DNA of 64,000 nt, from sequence record NC_024125.2; one strand, given 5' to 3'. The number at the start of each line of letters is the position of its first letter. Position 1 is the first letter of the stretch. Made by a program: the position numbers and the translations under genes. Under the pieces are notes generated by a model. It saw only the letters and a list, made by a program, of their open reading frames with translations. It was not told the origin of the DNA and made no database searches. This document shows positions 60,301 to 64,000 of the stretch, piece after piece. This stretch comes from Escherichia phage vB_EcoM_112.

Positions 60301-60749
60301 TCAACAATCACAATTTCTAATTTAGAGGAATATGTATCTAAAATCCCCTCAATAATATCCCAGTTCCCTTTACCTATGCCTGCACCAATCCTAGGCATAT
60401 AGATTGTAGGTTTAATCAGTTTATTTTCACCAAACTCATTTAATTCTAACATACAATTCATTAAAGCGGAATACTCAAAATTTGGCCCCGGTTGAAATTG
60501 AGTATAAAGATTAAAGCAGTAAGCTTTATGAGTCCTAAAGTATTTTTCATAGACTGAGTAAGAACCGAGTTTAGTTACATCGCCCCATTCTGTCTGTAAT
60601 TTATCAGCTTCCAAAATTTTAGGGAAAGCTTTGGTTAATTGACCCGCTACGCCTGAACCCATAGTATGAAAACAATTGCATCCATGCGCAATATTTTTAC
60701 CTTCAGCGAAAAGGGCGACAATATCGCCCTTGATATATTTTACAATCAT
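60282..60749 (-). CDS. macro-domain (ADP-ribose-binding/processing) protein, 155 aa
   Basis: Macro-domain-like elements GDIV...IAHGCNCFHTMGSGVAGQL and IGAGIG. Confidence 0.55.
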   Translation of the reverse strand: MIVKYIKGDIVALFAEGKNIAHGCNCFHTMGSGVAGQLTKAFPKILEADKLQTEWGDVTKLGSYSVYEKYFRTHKAYCFNLYTQFQPGPNFEYSALMNCMLELNEFGENKLIKPTIYMPRIGAGIGKGNWDIIEGILDTYSSKLEIVIVDWEPLL

Positions 60750-61087
60750 CTAGTACTCAATCCTCGATTATAAGAATCTACCAAACGGTCAACCATTGAA
60801 TGACAAGCGGCTTTATCTTTCTCCTCCGCAACTGAACATTCTAAAGTATTCCACTTTTTAGCATATCGTTTTAACAATGTATCATTTTTGTATCTGCTTG
60901 ATTTATCTCTTTCTCCGTCTTTATATGCATATATTAATTTCTGCGCAAATTCAGCTTGGCATGCTTTATTTTTCCCGCAATAATCCGCTGCAGTACGGTT
61001 TACATACTCTCTAATTTCAGTATATGATGTATCTGCTAACGCAGAAAATGAAATTAATCCTATACATAAAACCAAAATTTTAGTCAT
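60746..61087 (-). CDS. secreted protein with signal peptide, 113 aa
   Basis: MTKILVLCIGLISFSALA leader; four Cys. Confidence 0.55.
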   Translation of the reverse strand: MTKILVLCIGLISFSALADTSYTEIREYVNRTAADYCGKNKACQAEFAQKLIYAYKDGERDKSSRYKNDTLLKRYAKKWNTLECSVAEEKDKAACHSMVDRLVDSYNRGLSTR

Positions 61088-61625
61088 TTACTATTTCCAA
61101 AAGTTTATTATTTTTAAGGTAATTAGCCTTTTCTAGGACTTCAGAAGCATATTTAGAACCAGCTTTAACATTCCATCCCGAATTATAAGAGGATATTGCT
61201 TTTCTTATATCGCCCTTATGTATATTTAACCAATAAGAAAGTTCAATGTACGCCCAGGAAGCTGAATTGGATCGTTTATTCAACATTCTTTTTATTTCAG
61301 CATCGGTCATATTATAACCAAGTTCCTTAACTCTTGCTCGCATAGTAGGCAAATAATTTTGGAACATTCCGTAGGCGTGATGCTTTGGTTTAGATTTTAA
61401 ATTAACTCCGCCAGAGCTTTCTTGCCATAAAATAGCAGCCATTATATGACCTAATCCGCTCTTGTGGATGTTTTTATGTGTTTTATATTTTCCATCCTTA
61501 GAAAATTGTTCCCCGAATTGATACGCGTAACGCATGTTATCGAGTTGGACATTACTGAAAGTATGCTCGGAGCTATGTGCCATCATTGAAATGGCCAATA
61601 GACCAGCGAGTAGTGCTTTTCTCAT
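61080..61625 (-). CDS. periplasmic lytic transglycosylase-like (SLT domain) protein, 181 aa
   Basis: Signal peptide; SLT-like motifs WQESSGG, YGMFQ, SSYNSGW. Confidence 0.55.
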   Translation of the reverse strand: MRKALLAGLLAISMMAHSSEHTFSNVQLDNMRYAYQFGEQFSKDGKYKTHKNIHKSGLGHIMAAILWQESSGGVNLKSKPKHHAYGMFQNYLPTMRARVKELGYNMTDAEIKRMLNKRSNSASWAYIELSYWLNIHKGDIRKAISSYNSGWNVKAGSKYASEVLEKANYLKNNKLLEIVND

Positions 61626-61632
61626 GCTTACC

Positions 61633-62094
61633 TCATTTAGTTTTAATTACTGCTTTAGAAGCCTTTCCTGGTAAACGGCGACTGTTGATAATTGCCATCC
61701 TACATTGAAGTGATGGGTCTTTGAACTTCTCATTAGGTTTACAAACTGTAAATCCAAGCCAAAGATTTCCATCTGTAATTTCTAAACGTCCAGGACGATA
61801 TTCAACCCCATCAATAAAATCCTCGTCAATGTCAGGACGCGGAGGCATACTCAGGAATTCATTAACTTCTAAAACATGGTCTTTTATTTTATGGAATAAT
61901 TCAAAAACATATGTCTCATCAATCTCCCGTTGAATTGCACGATCAAGAAGATGTTGAGAATATTTTAGATGAAACGATGAGACTCCTGCTGCTTTTGATG
62001 CCTCACGAATCTCATTGTTAATTTGACGAAACTCCGACTCAAAATGACGACGAAGCTTATTTCGACGGATAAAAACTTCTGTATTGATAGTCAT
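61633..62094 (-). CDS. regB: RegB sequence-specific endoribonuclease, 153 aa
   Basis: Length and synteny; early promoter upstream. Confidence 0.8.
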   Translation of the reverse strand: MTINTEVFIRRNKLRRHFESEFRQINNEIREASKAAGVSSFHLKYSQHLLDRAIQREIDETYVFELFHKIKDHVLEVNEFLSMPPRPDIDEDFIDGVEYRPGRLEITDGNLWLGFTVCKPNEKFKDPSLQCRMAIINSRRLPGKASKAVIKTK

Positions 62095-62121
62095 GTTGTT
62101 CTCCTCTTAACTGATAGAAAA

Positions 62122-62151
62122 ATTATACCACAGTCAAGAGGAAAAGTAAAC
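62122..62151 (-). promoter_or_regulatory. T4-type early promoter (GTTTAC-N18-TATAAT) upstream of regB
   Basis: Plus gtaaac 62146-62151, attata 62122-62127. Confidence 0.6.
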
Positions 62152-62153
62152 AG

Positions 62154-62474
62154 TTATTCTTTAAATCTAATCAATTTATTCATAGACTTTGAAACTTCTG
62201 CACGAACCTCATGTAGATTTTTGAGCTGTTCAAGACGCTGCTCATAGTAAGCAATTTCATCTTCTTCGAGACAGTCCTGTGAATCTTCTTTAAGATAACG
62301 TGCATAGTCCTGGAAAGCGTTACGAACTACTTCCTGGAAGTCATCAAGACTTTGAATTTTCTTAGGAGCAACAGATACACGACGAGGGGCAGTATAATAC
62401 TCATAACCAAACCCTGCGCTTAATTGAGCCATTAGTATTTTTCCTCTGGTTGGAACACTGCGCGGCAAGCCCAC
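62154..62474 (-). CDS. hypothetical protein, 106 aa
   Basis: ORF track. Confidence 0.5.
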   Translation of the reverse strand: MGLPRSVPTRGKILMAQLSAGFGYEYYTAPRRVSVAPKKIQSLDDFQEVVRNAFQDYARYLKEDSQDCLEEDEIAYYEQRLEQLKNLHEVRAEVSKSMNKLIRFKE

Positions 62475-62698
62475 ATACTGGCTTCTTTGAGTTTCGTTTT
62501 AGCAATAGTTAACTGATCGAGGCTTTCGGCGTAATTCTTCGCGAGTTCATCATCTTCACAGCTATCAAATGCTTCCCAAAATTCATCGTATAAAGCATCA
62601 AAGATAAGTCCTAAACGAACTTCAGCGTCTTTAATAGCATTTACTTTACCGATTTTTTCGTCGGTGTGTGGCTTATAACCTTTAATATCTTCAATCAT
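62432..62698 (-). CDS. hypothetical protein, about 88 aa; by position possibly the vs.4/Acb2-type anti-CBASS protein
   Basis: ATG at 62696-62698 with GAGGAAG RBS; second ORF after regB; no sequence-level confirmation. Confidence 0.4.
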   Translation of the reverse strand: MIEDIKGYKPHTDEKIGKVNAIKDAEVRLGLIFDALYDEFWEAFDSCEDDELAKNYAESLDQLTIAKTKLKEASMWACRAVFQPEEKY

Positions 62699-62912
62699 AT
62701 TTGACTTCCTCACCAGTGCATAAATCATATTCAACTAAACGAATAGGTTCATGAATGCCATATCCCTGAACAGAAATTTCTGTCGTGGGATAAATTCCAT
62801 CAATATCGCCCATATTCCACGCTTCATTAAATTGCTGTTCACCTGAATTACTAAACCATTCGGCGAAAGCATTTAACACATCTTCAGAGCCTTCAATAAT
62901 TATCTTTGCCAT
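62691..62912 (-). CDS. hypothetical protein, 73 aa
   Basis: ORF track. Confidence 0.5.
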   Translation of the reverse strand: MAKIIIEGSEDVLNAFAEWFSNSGEQQFNEAWNMGDIDGIYPTTEISVQGYGIHEPIRLVEYDLCTGEEVKYD

Positions 62913-63274
62913 TACAAACTCTCGGTAAAGGTACGAGCGATAACGTCGCGCTGCTGTTCCGGAGTCAGAGAGTTAAAGCGAACTGCATAACCGGATACAC
63001 GGATGGTCAGCTGCGGATATTTTTCCGGATGCTTAACTGCATCTTCCAGAGTTTCACGACGCAGAACGTTAACGTTCAGGTGTTGACCACCTTCAATTTT
63101 AACTGTAGGTTGTGGCTCAATTTCAATTTCACGGGCATGCAAACCATAGAAAATTTCTGGGTCTACAAAAGAGTCCTCTTTAAAGGTTTTAGAGACAATA
63201 ATTCGTGCTTGAATACCATCTTCAAAATAAATAGTACCTTTATGTGTGCCTTCAAGAATTTGATATGCTTTCAT
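62912..63274 (-). CDS. autonomous glycyl-radical cofactor-like protein (GrcA/YfiD family), 120 aa
   Basis: C-terminal glycyl-radical motif [27 protein letters not shown]. Confidence 0.7.
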   Translation of the reverse strand: MKAYQILEGTHKGTIYFEDGIQARIIVSKTFKEDSFVDPEIFYGLHAREIEIEPQPTVKIEGGQHLNVNVLRRETLEDAVKHPEKYPQLTIRVSGYAVRFNSLTPEQQRDVIARTFTESL

Positions 63275-63281
63275 ATAAACC

Positions 63282-63611
63282 TCAATTAGAAAATAAATTT
63301 ATCCAAGATTGTTCTTTAATTAAAAATGGCTCAGAATCATATGCCATTAAACTTTGGGTAATTAATCCTTTAAAAGGTCCATCAATAAATTCCATGGTAA
63401 AATACGGAATTTTATTCATTAGCCGTGAATTAGGAGCAGTGCACAAAACTCTGCATCCTTTGAATACACCTTTTTGTAATTTGTATTGCTTGGGATAAAA
63501 TTCGCTTAAAATGTTGTTATTTGCCAAAATTTCAAAATGATTTACCAATTTATTTTTAATAGTTTTTGGCGAAAAATAAAGATATTCGAAAAGCTGTGTG
63601 TCTGTCATCAT
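63282..63611 (-). CDS. hypothetical protein, about 110 aa
   Basis: Tandem ATGs at 63606-63611 coupled to upstream stop. Confidence 0.5.
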   Translation of the reverse strand: MMTDTQLFEYLYFSPKTIKNKLVNHFEILANNNILSEFYPKQYKLQKGVFKGCRVLCTAPNSRLMNKIPYFTMEFIDGPFKGLITQSLMAYDSEPFLIKEQSWINLFSN

Positions 63612-64000
63612 TGCATTCCGATTACGAAAAACTGCGGACGAGTAATACCACCAATGCAACATTTACTATTACAGCAGTAGTGTACAGTGTCAATATGGAC
63701 GCTATAAATCTTATCCATATCAGGAGATTTGACAGGCTCATCAATTATATACAAAATTCGCGAAAGCGATAAACCTCTGAACTTACTTCCTTTATTACCA
63801 ATAAAACTGCGCACAGAATCAGTAAATAAACGAAAACGTATATCATCATTAGAATAACGCGAAAATTCCTTTTTAATGTTATTTGCAGAAATTTTAGCGT
63901 AAGCTGAAGTATTAGAAAGAACAATAACTGTTCCGCCATCATACAGCCAATTAGCAGCAAAGTTAGTCACAGCAATTGATTTACCGGATTGACGTCCACC
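63608..64000 (-). CDS. partial CDS (N-terminus beyond window end), P-loop NTPase-like
   Basis: Frame open to the window edge; Walker A GGRQSGKS at 63977-64000; Walker B-like ILYIIDE. Confidence 0.45.
   Translation of the reverse strand, partial: GGRQSGKSIAVTNFAANWLYDGGTVIVLSNTSAYAKISANNIKKEFSRYSNDDIRFRLFTDSVRSFIGNKGSKFRGLSLSRILYIIDEPVKSPDMDKIYSVHIDTVHYCCNSKCCIGGITRPQFFVIGMQ

Overview
This window is the early-gene region of a T4-like (T-even, Tequatrovirus-type) lytic myophage, running from rIIA to the regB/vs cluster. It is a well-studied genome type, so most content is known biology rather than a new system. About 120 tightly packed genes lie almost entirely on the minus strand, with many overlapping stop/start codons (ATGA, TAATG). 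I recognise the core genes by protein length, conserved motifs and synteny: topoisomerase 39/60 with the 50-nt translational bypass and the mobA HNH endonuclease, dexA, dda, modA/modB, soc, 56, dam, 61, sp, dmd, 41, 40, uvsX, 42, imm, 43, regA, 62/44/45, rpbA, 46/47, alpha-gt, 55, nrdH/nrdG/nrdD, 49, nrdC, rI, tk and regB. Regulatory signals are typical of T4: GTTTAC-N18-TATAAT-like early promoters on the minus strand, MotA-box middle promoters, a TATAAATA late promoter before soc, the gene 43 translational operator hairpin, and many CUUCGG tetraloop hairpins after stop codons. Departures from my recollection of canonical T4 are the most interesting points: a 280-aa glycosyltransferase where beta-gt sits in T4, a PD-(D/E)xK-like ORF coupled to dam with a convergent plus-strand membrane ORF, an intronless nrdD with a free-standing GIY-YIG endonuclease, no ORF between soc and gene 56, and a macro-domain ORF. 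No rRNA, tRNA or CRISPR array was seen. All calls rest on reading the sequence and the ORF track; no database search was possible, and promoter/hairpin coordinates may be off by 1-2 nt.
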